Virus record (IMG/VR): IMGVR_UViG_2852342079_000003
From: an uncultured virus (IMG/VR IMGVR_UViG_2852342079_000003)
Taxonomy: Duplodnaviria; Heunggongvirae; Uroviricota; Caudoviricetes
DNA length: 33,987 bases
Strand: one strand, 5' to 3'
Position numbers and translations under genes: made by a program
The notes under the pieces: model-generated
Told to the model about the DNA's origin: nothing
What the model saw: only the letters and a program-made list of their open reading frames with translations
The model's database searches: none
In this document: positions 17,185 through 26,821 of the stretch, one piece after another
How the letters are laid out: the number at the start of each line of letters is the position of its first letter
Position numbering within the stretch: position 1 is the first letter of the stretch

Positions 17185-18399
17185 ATGTCAGAGACAAATG
17201 AATTATTAAAAAACCTATCGGCAAAAATTGAAGAAGCCAATCAGCATTTTAATGCTAAAGCTGAAGAAGCGTTAAAAGAAGCGCAGAAAGTGGGTGGATT
17301 AAATGAAGAAACGAAACATGCCGTAGACAAAATGGCAACCGAGCTAAATGCGCTACGCGAATCTGAAAAAACACTGAAAGCTGCATTAGGGGATTTAGAA
17401 CAACATGTTGCGCAAATGCCACTCAATAATGCGGTGCAGGTTGTAAAAAGTGTTGGTCAACAAGTGATCTCGGCTGAAGTATTAAAAGAGATCAATTCCA
17501 GCATTCAAGAGGGCAAGCGTGTTTCAATTCCTGTTCAGGCAGCATTAACATCTACGGGGGTTGCCGAAGGCGTAGTTGAACCACAACGATTGTCGGGTAT
17601 CGATGTTGCACCGAAACAACGACTTTTTATTCGTGACTTAATTGCGTCAGGTAAAACGCAATCTCCCGCCATTTTCTGGGTTCAGCAAACGGGGTTTACC
17701 AACAAGGCGGCGGTTGCGCCTGAAAATACCACTAAGCCGTATAGCGACATTGCCTTTGCGACCAAAATCACGCCAGTGACGACAATTGCTCATATGTTTA
17801 AAGCGTCTAAACAAATCTTAGATGATTTTTCTCAGTTGCAGTCGTTGATTGATGCAGAAATGCGTTATGGATTGAAATTTGTTGAAGAGCAAGAAATTTT
17901 ATTTGGTGATGGCTCTGGGGCTCATTTGCACGGCATTATCCCACAAGCCACTCAATATAAAGCCTCCTTTACGGTTGAAAAACAAAACGGTATCGATGAT
18001 TTACGGCTTGCCATGCTTCAAGCTCAATTGGCGCGTTTCCCTGCTTCTGGTCACGTTTTACACTTTATTGACTGGGCGAAAATTGAACTAACCAAAGACG
18101 CTTTGGGGCGCTATATTTTGGCTAATCCTTCCGCATTAACAGGGCCGACTTTATGGGGATTACCAGTTGTGGCAACAGAAACCCCCGCGTTTAAAGGGAA
18201 ATTCTTAACAGGGGCATTTAATGCGGGTGCACAGCTCTTTGATCGCGAAGAAACGAATGTGGTGATTTCAACGGAAAACGCCGATGATTTTGAGAAAAAC
18301 ATGATCTCTATTCGTTGTGAAGAGCGTCTTGCTTTGGCGATCAAACGTCCAGAAGCCTTTGTTTACGGTGATTTTACGGTAGCAACGTCAAGTGATTAA
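17185..18399 (+). CDS. Major capsid protein, HK97 family
   Basis: N-terminal coiled-coil delta domain, SKQILDD, EERLALAIKRPEAF. Confidence 0.95.
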   Translation: MSETNELLKNLSAKIEEANQHFNAKAEEALKEAQKVGGLNEETKHAVDKMATELNALRESEKTLKAALGDLEQHVAQMPLNNAVQVVKSVGQQVISAEVLKEINSSIQEGKRVSIPVQAALTSTGVAEGVVEPQRLSGIDVAPKQRLFIRDLIASGKTQSPAIFWVQQTGFTNKAAVAPENTTKPYSDIAFATKITPVTTIAHMFKASKQILDDFSQLQSLIDAEMRYGLKFVEEQEILFGDGSGAHLHGIIPQATQYKASFTVEKQNGIDDLRLAMLQAQLARFPASGHVLHFIDWAKIELTKDALGRYILANPSALTGPTLWGLPVVATETPAFKGKFLTGAFNAGAQLFDREETNVVISTENADDFEKNMISIRCEERLALAIKRPEAFVYGDFTVATSSD

Positions 18400-18406
18400 T
18401 GTAACT

Positions 18407-18432
18407 AAGGCGGTCTTTATGGCCGCTTTTTC
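18407..18432 (+). terminator. Intrinsic terminator after capsid gene
   Basis: AAGGCGGTC-TTTAT-GGCCGCTTT plus T run. Confidence 0.65.
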
Positions 18433-18444
18433 TTTGGAGGTGAT

Positions 18445-18663
18445 ATGAAATTAGTCATCTTACGAGCCATTTATTTTGAGGGACGAGTGGTGCTTGAAGG
18501 CGAGCAGATTGATACCTTAGAGCAACATGGACGGGAGTTAATCCAAAAAGGCTATGCCAAAGAACAGGAAGAAACATATCTTGTTACTGAACCCGAACCC
18601 GAACCCGAACCCGAACCCGAACCCGAACCGAAAAGAAATATTAAGGCGAAAAAGGAGAAATAA
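18445..18663 (+). CDS. Small head-region protein with (EP)7 repeat
   Basis: GGAGGT RBS; TAATG coupling to the next gene. Confidence 0.75.
   Translation: MKLVILRAIYFEGRVVLEGEQIDTLEQHGRELIQKGYAKEQEETYLVTEPEPEPEPEPEPEPKRNIKAKKEK
18589..18630 (+). repeat. Hexanucleotide tandem repeat (GAACCC)x6 + GAACCG
   Basis: Read directly from sequence. Confidence 0.97.
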
Positions 18664-18989
18664 TGCTTTCTCTCGAATTGGTGAAGCAGCATTGCAATAT
18701 CGATCCTGATTTTACGGATGACGATAATTTATTGACGCTGTATATCGGTTCCGCCGTGAAATATGTTGAAAATTACACGCGTCGAACATTACATAAAACT
18801 CAGGAGATGGATAAAGCACAAGAAGATCCTGAAGCCTTGTTCTTAACGGATGATGTGATTGCGGCAATGCTCTTATTAATTGCGCAATGGTATGAAAATC
18901 GTGAGGGGGTAATTTCGGGGCAAGCTTTTTCTACACAACCTTTTGCGGTCACCGCACTACTTCAACCTTACCGGATTTATGGGTTGTAG
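18663..18989 (+). CDS. Head-tail connector (gp6-like)
   Basis: VKQHCNID...DD.LL, AMLLLIAQWYENRE, LLQPYR. Confidence 0.92.
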   Translation: MLSLELVKQHCNIDPDFTDDDNLLTLYIGSAVKYVENYTRRTLHKTQEMDKAQEDPEALFLTDDVIAAMLLLIAQWYENREGVISGQAFSTQPFAVTALLQPYRIYGL

Positions 18990-18997
18990 GAGGTTTT

Positions 18998-19327
18998 ATG
19001 CGTGCAGGACGATTACGCCACACCATTAATATTCAAAAATCAGTATTAGCACCCGATGCCATCAGTGGCAGTGATGTGATTTGGACGGAGCATGCGACAA
19101 AAGTACGTGCAGCGATCATGCCTTATCAAGGACGGGAATATTTTCAAGCCCAGCAAGTACAAAGTGAGGCCACAACGCGAATTCTTATTCGCTATATCGC
19201 GGATATTGATACCTCAATGCGTATTGTATGGGGTAAGCGAATATTTAATATTATTTCGATTATTGACCCTTATGAGCGTCATCGTGAGCTTCAATTGATG
19301 TGCAAAGAGGGCGTGAATGATGGGTGA
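18998..19327 (+). CDS. Head closure protein
   Basis: MRAGRLRHTI, GREYF, IRY, L.LMCKEG. Confidence 0.9.
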   Translation: MRAGRLRHTINIQKSVLAPDAISGSDVIWTEHATKVRAAIMPYQGREYFQAQQVQSEATTRILIRYIADIDTSMRIVWGKRIFNIISIIDPYERHRELQLMCKEGVNDG

Positions 19328-19790
19328 GATTAAAATCAGTGGATTGTCTGAACTCGCTCAACGAATGCAAGACATTGCCCGTAAAACGAGAAATCAAAGC
19401 GCGCGTAAGGCGATGAATGCAGGTGCTTCGGCGTTAAAAGAAGAAATCAAACATCGAGTGCCTATCCTTAAGGAAACAGTGCCGCATCGACGCAAAGGCA
19501 CCATCAAGCGCAATATTCGTTCTAAAACGAAAGTGCAGCGCAATGGGCAAGTTAAAACGCGCATTTGGGTGAAATCATTATCAGGTAAAAAGGTGTCTGC
19601 CTTTAAACAAGTAACGGGAAAAAGTGCAGCATTGAACCCGAATGATCCGTTTTATTGGTGGTTTGTCGAATTTGGTACCGCCAAGATGCCCGCACAACCG
19701 TTTATGCGCCCCAGTTTTGAAGCGAAAAAGGAAGCGACGGCTAAAGTGATTGTTCAAACACTTAAAGAGGATATTGAAAAAGCAAGGTAG
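19317..19790 (+). CDS. HK97 gp10-family tail component
   Basis: FYWWFVEFGTAKMPAQPFMRPSF. Confidence 0.92.
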   Translation: MMGEIKISGLSELAQRMQDIARKTRNQSARKAMNAGASALKEEIKHRVPILKETVPHRRKGTIKRNIRSKTKVQRNGQVKTRIWVKSLSGKKVSAFKQVTGKSAALNPNDPFYWWFVEFGTAKMPAQPFMRPSFEAKKEATAKVIVQTLKEDIEKAR

Positions 19791-19795
19791 AGCTC

Positions 19796-20137
19796 ATGAT
19801 ACAGCAATTAAAAGAGACCCTTTCACCGCTGGTTGATGGAAGGGTTTTTTTTCAGGTATTACCTGAAGGCAAAGGGCATTATCCCGCCATTGTGATCCAG
19901 TTTGCCAGCATCACGCCTAACAGTGCGCTGGAGGATACGGATTTAGACAACTATCGTGTGCAACTTGATGTGTATGCGCCACAGCCACAACCCCTTATGG
20001 TCTTGCGTAAAAAAATTGAGGCTCAGATTGTTGAAGCGATCCCATTCGCACAACGGGTGAATGCGGTCTTTGGGTATGAAGCGGATGTCAAATTGCATCG
20101 GCTTGTTCTTGAATTAATGATTTCATCAGATAAATAA
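19796..20137 (+). CDS. Tail terminator (DUF3168-like)
   Basis: YPAIV, RVQLDVYA, YEADVKLHR; synteny. Confidence 0.8.
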   Translation: MIQQLKETLSPLVDGRVFFQVLPEGKGHYPAIVIQFASITPNSALEDTDLDNYRVQLDVYAPQPQPLMVLRKKIEAQIVEAIPFAQRVNAVFGYEADVKLHRLVLELMISSDK

Positions 20138-20146
20138 GGAATGGAT

Positions 20147-20812
20147 ATGACAAAGCCAAAGAACCATAAAGCGACGCCTTTCCTCGGCACGAAGATCTTT
20201 GTGCAAACCGGCTTAGGAGAGGCGATGACCGTGACGGAAGCGACGTTATCACCCGCAACTATTACTATCGCCAATAATAAACTGAAAGCGGATGACATGA
20301 TTATGTTATCGGGTTTAGGGGAGTTAGATGGGCGTTTCCCCATTGCACAGGTTGATGGCAATAAAGTGACCCTGTGCGACGAAGTGGATTGGAGTGATAA
20401 AACGCTACCTACGGATTTTTCAAACGCCAAAGCACAACGTATTCAATGGTCTAATAATTTCTGTGCGGTAAAAAGTTTCAGTAAAGACGGTTCGACAACC
20501 GAACAAATTGATGTCACCACCATTTGCAGTGATGGCAAGGAATATGAATCCGGTGATACGGAATACGGCTCAATTAAATTGACCTTCTTCTTACGTTATA
20601 GCTCCAGTGAGGTGCAGCGACTCTTGCGTAAATATGAAAACAGCAAAGAAAAATTTGCGGTGAAAATGGTCTTAACACGAGATGAGGGCTCCATGTTTTA
20701 TTACGGCTCCGTCGAAACGGGCATGAATATTGATGGCAGTGTAGGACAAATGATGGATTCGGGGATCTCGATTAAATTGTCTGGCCGTGATTATTTGAAT
20801 GCGAAGAAATAA
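20147..20812 (+). CDS. Major tail tube protein
   Basis: IDVTTICSDGKEYESG motif; synteny. Confidence 0.8.
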   Translation: MTKPKNHKATPFLGTKIFVQTGLGEAMTVTEATLSPATITIANNKLKADDMIMLSGLGELDGRFPIAQVDGNKVTLCDEVDWSDKTLPTDFSNAKAQRIQWSNNFCAVKSFSKDGSTTEQIDVTTICSDGKEYESGDTEYGSIKLTFFLRYSSSEVQRLLRKYENSKEKFAVKMVLTRDEGSMFYYGSVETGMNIDGSVGQMMDSGISIKLSGRDYLNAKK

Positions 20813-20876
20813 CCCCTAATTCACCTCTTTCATTATTTCTCTTCTCCCTTCTCGATAAAAAATCTTAGGAGTGATT

Positions 20877-21293
20877 ATGTCTAACGCTTTATTGCGTGAA
20901 TTAGTGTTAAACCAAGCACTGAAAGTGACGCCTTTTACCTATTTAGACAACACCTTTTATGTCAAAGAGTTGGATGTTGGCACCATGAATTACATTCAGC
21001 GCAAACTTCGTCAAATTAAAATCAAGCTCGCCGAAGAGCAGGACATTTATTTAGACGAAGACGATCCCGAACAATTTAATGAAGCGATAAATCGTGTCTA
21101 CGATGAATATGATGTCGCCAGAATGTTGGCCTTTAAGTTATGTGATGAAAAAGGGGAATTGCTTTTTGATGCCGAAAATGAAGAAGACTTAAAAGGTCTT
21201 AATCGTTTAGGACAAGGGTTCTCTAATGCGGTGTTTACGGCCGAAGCGGGGAACAGCGAAAAAAACTTGGAGAACGGCGACAATTTCAATTGA
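20877..21293 (+). CDS. Tail assembly chaperone (G-like)
   Basis: LCDEKGELLF; between tail tube and TMP; AGGAG RBS; slippery site at 3' end. Confidence 0.8.
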   Translation: MSNALLRELVLNQALKVTPFTYLDNTFYVKELDVGTMNYIQRKLRQIKIKLAEEQDIYLDEDDPEQFNEAINRVYDEYDVARMLAFKLCDEKGELLFDAENEEDLKGLNRLGQGFSNAVFTAEAGNSEKNLENGDNFN

Positions 21294-21568
21294 TATTGTC
21301 GCTGGCACTGGGAAAAACGCTCGCGGAAATAGAGCAAATGCCTGAAAGCCACTTGTGTGAATATGAAGCCTTTTATCGCAAACAACCCTTTGGTTTATGG
21401 CGAGAGGATTATCGGATGGCACAAGTGGCACATCTTCTCGCGATGATAAATCGTGATCCGAAATCTACCCCACCTCAATTAACTGACTTTATGCCAATGT
21501 GGCAGAAAAAGCCCACAGAAGCTGAAGAGTGGGATAGTGTTACTGAGAGTGTATTGGCTCATCGATAG
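21260..21568 (+). CDS. T-like extension of tail chaperone (GT fusion via -1 frameshift)
   Basis: A AAA AAC at 21260-21266; the -1 frame is open as KLGERRQFQLILSLALGKTLAEI...PFG. Confidence 0.82.
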   Translation, partial: KKLGERRQFQLILSLALGKTLAEIEQMPESHLCEYEAFYRKQPFGLWREDYRMAQVAHLLAMINRDPKSTPPQLTDFMPMWQKKPTEAEEWDSVTESVLAHR

Positions 21569-21589
21569 CCCCTTTTTTGGGGCTTTTTT
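21567..21589 (+). terminator. Intrinsic terminator
   Basis: AGCCCC-TTTTTT-GGGGCT-TTTTT. Confidence 0.65.
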
Positions 21590-21608
21590 ATTGTTTTAAG
21601 GAGTTTTT

Positions 21609-24600
21609 ATGGCTGGCGCATTGGGGAGACTAAATATCGATTTGACGCTGAATACGGCAAATTTCACAAATGCGATCAACCGTAGCCAGCGCCAAACAGA
21701 ACAATTTGGGCAACGTATTCGCGTCAGTCTTCAAGCTATCACCGTGCAACAAGAGCGAATGGTATCGCAAACTGCAAAATCCTCGGCACTCTTTACCCGT
21801 TTTGCGAGCGTCGCAGCAAGTGCATTATCGGTACGGCAAGTGATTAATTATGCCGATGGTTGGACGGAATTACAGAACCGCTTAAAACTGGTGACGGAAA
21901 GTTCTATCGAGTTAAATAAAGCCACACAAGCCGTCTATGATATTGCCCAAAAAACCTATCAATCATTGGATGCCACAGCACAGGTTTATCAGCGTTTTGC
22001 GGATAATGCCGATCGTCTAGGATTAAGTCAGCAGAAAGTCGCTGAACTTACGGAAACCGTCTCTAAAGCGGTTTCTCTTTCAGGAGCCAGTGCTGCCTCT
22101 GCTGCAATGGGGTTAACTCAGTTTGGCCAAGCATTAGCAGCAGGTCAGTTACGTGGGCAAGATTTAAATTCTGTTATCGAGCAAATCCCTGGTTTAGCAC
22201 AGGCCATCGCAGAAGGCATGGGGATCTCCATGGGGGATTTAAAAAAGAAAGCCCAAGACGGTGAAATGGCGATTGATAAAATCATTCAGGCATTGGAGAA
22301 AGTCAAAAATTCTGTTGATCAGAAGTTTGCTTCCAGTGTGACAACCGTTAGTCAAGGTTTTACTAATTTACAATCAGCAATGACGAGGTTTGTTGGTGAA
22401 GCCAATCAAGGTACAGGTGCGACTCAGCTTTTAACGTCGGGCTTAGAGGGACTTTCTAATCACTTATCGACGGTGGCTAAAATCGCAGAAGGACTTGCAG
22501 TTACAGCTTTAGTCGCCAAGCTTTCTCAATGGACAAAAGCCACTTACTTAAAAAATCAAGCCACATTGAATGAAGCCAAAGCCACATTACAGAGTGCAGA
22601 GGCAAACAGTGTGGCAGCAACCAGTGCCGTGAGGAAGGCATGGGCGGATAAAGAGGCGGCATTATCGGCATTGAATTCTGCAAAAATGAGTTATCAAGTG
22701 GCGAAAGGAACCGCGGCAGAAGGTTATGCCTTAGAGAAAGTGATTGCGACAAAATCGTTAGCGACGGAAGCCTCTTTAAGATACAAACAAGCACTGATAG
22801 CAGAAACGGCGACACAGCGGGCATTAACGACGGCACGCCGTCAAGCCACGGTCGCAGGAAGAGCGTTGAGTGGGACATTGGCATTAGTTGGTGGCCCTGT
22901 TGGACTGGCGTTAACGGCAATAACGGCTGTTGGAATGGGCGTCTATGAATATAGCGAACATATCAAACAAGCTAAAAGAGAATCGATCGAATTTGCCAAT
23001 GCTCTAGATACATCAACAGAAGCTTTAAAAGCAATGAATAATCAAGCATTGCTGACGAATATAAGCAAATTGTCTGAAGGTATTGATGCTCAGATTGAAA
23101 AATTCGAAGGATCTCTAGAAAAAGCTAAAAAATTGGCAGCAGACTCGAAGTCTGGTTGGAGCTTAAATGCCTCGAGTTACTTGAGCTTTACGGGTGACCA
23201 TGAAGGTTATAAAGCGATAATCGCACAACAGCAAAGAGAAGCGAAAATCGGGCTTGATGCGGCGATGGGGGAGGTGGCTTCACAGTTGACAGCATTAGAG
23301 CGTCAACGAGCCAATATGCGACAACTGCTGGCATTGGTTGAAGAAAAACACGGTAAGCAAAGTGATGAATATCAGCGTTATGCATCGAAAGTAAAGGAGA
23401 CTGAGAGTGTCATTAATCAATTTAGGGTGACCTTAAAAAACTTGGGTTATGATTTTGATGCATTAATGAATAAGACCGATGAGGCGGCAAAGAGCCAAGC
23501 CAATATGACTGAAGTGATAGCGAAAAAAATAGAAGATTCTATCGCTGAATCTCAGCGCACTATCATGAAAGCCAAAGCTTCTCCATCTGAGTTGGCTAAG
23601 TTGAATGCGGAAGATGTGCTGAAAAGACGGGGAATTAAACCTGAAGAAAAAGGCTATGAAGAGGCTTTGACCGAAGAAATTAAAGCGCAAAACGCGTTAC
23701 TGGCTCAAAGACATAAGCCAAGAAAAGCCACCATTGATTATGCCAAACAGTACACCAAAATCTTGACGGAATTAGAGAAAAAACAAGCCTCATTGATTGC
23801 AGATGGACAAAGTATTCAGCTGTATGGCACTACCTCTTCCTTTAATGAATACACATCCGCCTTAGCTGATATCAAACAGAATAAAGATAAGTTTGATGCC
23901 ATCTTAAAAATCGATCCCAAAGCGATTGAGACGATAAAAGAAAAAGCGAAAGCCATTGATGATCTAGCGCGTGCCAACTCGGTTGCGCAATTTGCTTATG
24001 ATCGCGGTAAAGAAATTGAGCAGATGCAATTTGAAACTTCCTTGATAGGAAAATCACGCGCAGAGCAAGAAAAGCTTAATGCCCTTCGTCAGATTGATGT
24101 GCTGTATCAGCAAGCCAGTGTGGATTTAGGCGAAAAAGAGCTGGCGAACTTACAACGCAATGTCGAGCTCACTAAACAGCAAATTGAGGAAGAGCTGAGG
24201 AAACGAGAGGCCATGAAAGGTGATCCGATGGCGGGATTAAAACAAGGCTTATCGGATTTCAGTGAGTCGGCCATGGATGTAATGGAAAACGTCAGAAACG
24301 TCACTACCAATGCCCTTAATAATATGTCTGATGCATTAGCCGATTTTGCTTTAACGGGCAAAGGAAGCTTTAAAGATTTTGCCAATGCTGTGATCTCCGA
24401 TATCACTCGAATGGTGATGAAAATGCTGGTTTTCAAAGCCATTGAAGCAGGCGGACAAGCAATGGGCTTTGATATGGGATGGATGAGCAAAGGGCATGCT
24501 TACGGTGGCTATACGGGGCATGGAGGTAAATTTGAACCTAAAGGGATTGTGCATGGTGGTGAATTTGTTTTTACCAAAGAAGCGACGGCTAAATTGGGTG

Positions 24601-24896
24601 TCGGCAATCTCTATCGCTTAATGCATGCGGCGCAAGGTTATGCTTCGGGGGGCTTTGTGGGGGCGATCGCTGGGCGAATACCCGTTACACCGCAACCGAC
24701 GTTAGCCCGTGCGGGTGGTGTGCAAATGACGGTCGTTAATCATATTACGGTGACAGGAAATGGTGACGCCGTACTTGCGCAGGCAATGAAGGAAGCCGCA
24801 CAACAAGGGACAGAAGCCGGTGCACAGAAAGCTCAGGCGATGATGTTACAAGACTTTCAAAGTAATGGTGCAGCTCGCAGAACATTAGGAGTTTAA
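21609..24896 (+). CDS. Tail tape measure protein
   Basis: 1095 aa, Ala-rich helical; QFGQALAAGQLRGQDLNSV; GGYTG.GGKFEPKGIVHGGEFV. Confidence 0.95.
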   Translation: MAGALGRLNIDLTLNTANFTNAINRSQRQTEQFGQRIRVSLQAITVQQERMVSQTAKSSALFTRFASVAASALSVRQVINYADGWTELQNRLKLVTESSIELNKATQAVYDIAQKTYQSLDATAQVYQRFADNADRLGLSQQKVAELTETVSKAVSLSGASAASAAMGLTQFGQALAAGQLRGQDLNSVIEQIPGLAQAIAEGMGISMGDLKKKAQDGEMAIDKIIQALEKVKNSVDQKFASSVTTVSQGFTNLQSAMTRFVGEANQGTGATQLLTSGLEGLSNHLSTVAKIAEGLAVTALVAKLSQWTKATYLKNQATLNEAKATLQSAEANSVAATSAVRKAWADKEAALSALNSAKMSYQVAKGTAAEGYALEKVIATKSLATEASLRYKQALIAETATQRALTTARRQATVAGRALSGTLALVGGPVGLALTAITAVGMGVYEYSEHIKQAKRESIEFANALDTSTEALKAMNNQALLTNISKLSEGIDAQIEKFEGSLEKAKKLAADSKSGWSLNASSYLSFTGDHEGYKAIIAQQQREAKIGLDAAMGEVASQLTALERQRANMRQLLALVEEKHGKQSDEYQRYASKVKETESVINQFRVTLKNLGYDFDALMNKTDEAAKSQANMTEVIAKKIEDSIAESQRTIMKAKASPSELAKLNAEDVLKRRGIKPEEKGYEEALTEEIKAQNALLAQRHKPRKATIDYAKQYTKILTELEKKQASLIADGQSIQLYGTTSSFNEYTSALADIKQNKDKFDAILKIDPKAIETIKEKAKAIDDLARANSVAQFAYDRGKEIEQMQFETSLIGKSRAEQEKLNALRQIDVLYQQASVDLGEKELANLQRNVELTKQQIEEELRKREAMKGDPMAGLKQGLSDFSESAMDVMENVRNVTTNALNNMSDALADFALTGKGSFKDFANAVISDITRMVMKMLVFKAIEAGGQAMGFDMGWMSKGHAYGGYTGHGGKFEPKGIVHGGEFVFTKEATAKLGVGNLYRLMHAAQGYASGGFVGAIAGRIPVTPQPTLARAGGVQMTVVNHITVTGNGDAVLAQAMKEAAQQGTEAGAQKAQAMMLQDFQSNGAARRTLGV

Positions 24897-25493
24897 ATGT
24901 CTATTCTTGAATGGCCAAAAGCGGTGATCCCCACACAGGAAAACTGGCAATTATTGAGTAACAGCAAAACCTTTACCTCACCATTTAATGGAAGTAGTCA
25001 AACGGTACGCTTTCCGGGAAGTCGTTGGCGTTGTGAGCTGACATTCAATAATTTAAATGAAGAGAAATCGCGCCAGTTAGAAGCGCTGGTGGCTTCATTG
25101 GATGGGATGTCGGGGCGAGTCAAAATAGCCAGTTGGATAAGAAAAGGGCGTTATGGGTATGGTTCGCCTCGCATTGCAATACCGAGCCAATTAGGTCATC
25201 GGCTAGAAACAAAGGACTGGAAGCGCAATATGCGCGTGTTACAGCAAGGGGATCGCTTAACTGTGGGCAATGAACTCAAAATGGTGGTGGCGGATGTGGT
25301 CAGTGATCATCAAGGACGTGCCATTATTCTTATTTCGCCGATGTTAAGAATGTCACCTACCGTCAATGAAATGCTCGAGGTTGAGCGTCCTTTTGGAATT
25401 TTTCGTCTCGTTGATAATGAACAGGGTAAATTTCAGCATCGTCGCTTGGGGTATACCCATATCACGTTATCTTTTGAGGAGGTGTTGTACTGA
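24897..25493 (+). CDS. Minor tail protein (distal-tail position)
   Basis: Directly after TMP; FTSPFNGSSQTV..PGSRW. Confidence 0.7.
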   Translation: MSILEWPKAVIPTQENWQLLSNSKTFTSPFNGSSQTVRFPGSRWRCELTFNNLNEEKSRQLEALVASLDGMSGRVKIASWIRKGRYGYGSPRIAIPSQLGHRLETKDWKRNMRVLQQGDRLTVGNELKMVVADVVSDHQGRAIILISPMLRMSPTVNEMLEVERPFGIFRLVDNEQGKFQHRRLGYTHITLSFEEVLY

Positions 25494-26074
25494 TGCAATA
25501 TCATCCATTTTCTGATGCCATGGTCAACGCGATTAATGAGGGGGCTTATATCGTTTTAGCTGCCAGACTCGATTTGAAATCAGGCGTGACCTGTGCGCAT
25601 ACCGGTGTTGGGCAACTGATTATTGCGGGGGAAACTTATTTGGGCGTGGGCAGTTTAGGCGAAATCAGTCAGCTAAAAGAAAATAAGACAACCAGTCCTC
25701 CACAATTACAGCTTAAATTAGCCGGTTTTGATAAATCGCTGGTGGGAATGGTGATGAATGAGCAAAGTCGAGGACGCGAAGTCCGGTTGATGATGGTCGC
25801 CATCAGTGAAGAGGGAAAACCGTTGCTTGCTGAAGTCTTATTTGTCGGACAAATCACATCGATTAATGTAGTGTCTGGCGAAGAAAATGCCGTATGTGTT
25901 AATGTTTCTAATCGATTCGAACGATGGTCAATCGGTTTACCCGATAGATTTACCGATGAGTCGTGGTCATCTCGAAGACAAGGTGATCGCATCTTTCGCT
26001 ATGTCGCTCAAATGGCTGAACGGGCGATTTATTGGGGCAGCAAGAAAGATGCACCTGCATTTATTTATAAGTAA
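25493..26074 (+). CDS. Minor tail/baseplate hub protein
   Basis: YLGVGSLG, GDRIFRYVAQM...IYWG; coupled start. Confidence 0.7.
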   Translation: MQYHPFSDAMVNAINEGAYIVLAARLDLKSGVTCAHTGVGQLIIAGETYLGVGSLGEISQLKENKTTSPPQLQLKLAGFDKSLVGMVMNEQSRGREVRLMMVAISEEGKPLLAEVLFVGQITSINVVSGEENAVCVNVSNRFERWSIGLPDRFTDESWSSRRQGDRIFRYVAQMAERAIYWGSKKDAPAFIYK

Positions 26075-26085
26075 CAGGATTAGAA

Positions 26086-26391
26086 ATGAGAAAATTTCAC
26101 TTAATTATCATTATGATTTGTTTTCATTTAGTTAGCATTCAAGCTGCTAATGCAGAGTCAATCTTAATTAGTACAGCTAAGTTAGTTTGTGAAGATAAAG
26201 AAACTCCAGAATTAGTGAAAAAGTGCAAGTTGATGGTATACAAAATTGGTGAGTCTTCATTTAATTTAGGCAAGGCAACAGCGGCTTGTGAGTTAGCCAA
26301 AAAAAATAATAAAGATTATGATGGTGATCAAAAACGGGCATGTGAAGAAATTTTCAATATGGCTAAGGATTTTTTAACCATAACATATTGA
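26086..26391 (+). CDS. AT-rich secreted hypothetical protein inserted in the tail operon
   Basis: Signal peptide ending ANA|E; four Cys in the mature part. Confidence 0.7.
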   Translation: MRKFHLIIIMICFHLVSIQAANAESILISTAKLVCEDKETPELVKKCKLMVYKIGESSFNLGKATAACELAKKNNKDYDGDQKRACEEIFNMAKDFLTITY

Positions 26392-26422
26392 AATCATTTT
26401 TAAATAAGAAATATAACATACC

Positions 26423-26821
26423 ATGAAACAACAAAACTGGACACTCCAGTTACCAGAAACGATAAGGGCGGCGATGAGTCGCCCTTTTTCATGGGGTGAA
26501 TTTGATTGTTGTATTTTTGCCTCTGAATGTATTTACGCACAATGTGGTTTCTCTCCAATAAAGCCTTATCTCAATCACTATAAAACCAAAGCCGAAGCCT
26601 TCAACCTGCTCAAATCTAAATTTGGCTCCTTAGAGAAAGCCGTATCACGCTATTTCAAATCCATTGAGATTGAGCGCGTTCAGCGTGGCGACCTTGTACT
26701 GTTCAAAGGTGAGGACGGTGACAGTTTAGCGGTGGTCTGGGCGAGGCATTATTGGGGCGTAACCCCACAAGGCGTGAAGCCGGTGCAGATTAACCCAATC
26801 AAAGCGTGGAGAGTGGAATAA
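26423..26821 (+). CDS. NlpC/P60-like tail assembly protein
   Basis: PFSWGEFDCCIF, QRGDLV, AWRV. Confidence 0.75.
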   Translation: MKQQNWTLQLPETIRAAMSRPFSWGEFDCCIFASECIYAQCGFSPIKPYLNHYKTKAEAFNLLKSKFGSLEKAVSRYFKSIEIERVQRGDLVLFKGEDGDSLAVVWARHYWGVTPQGVKPVQINPIKAWRVE

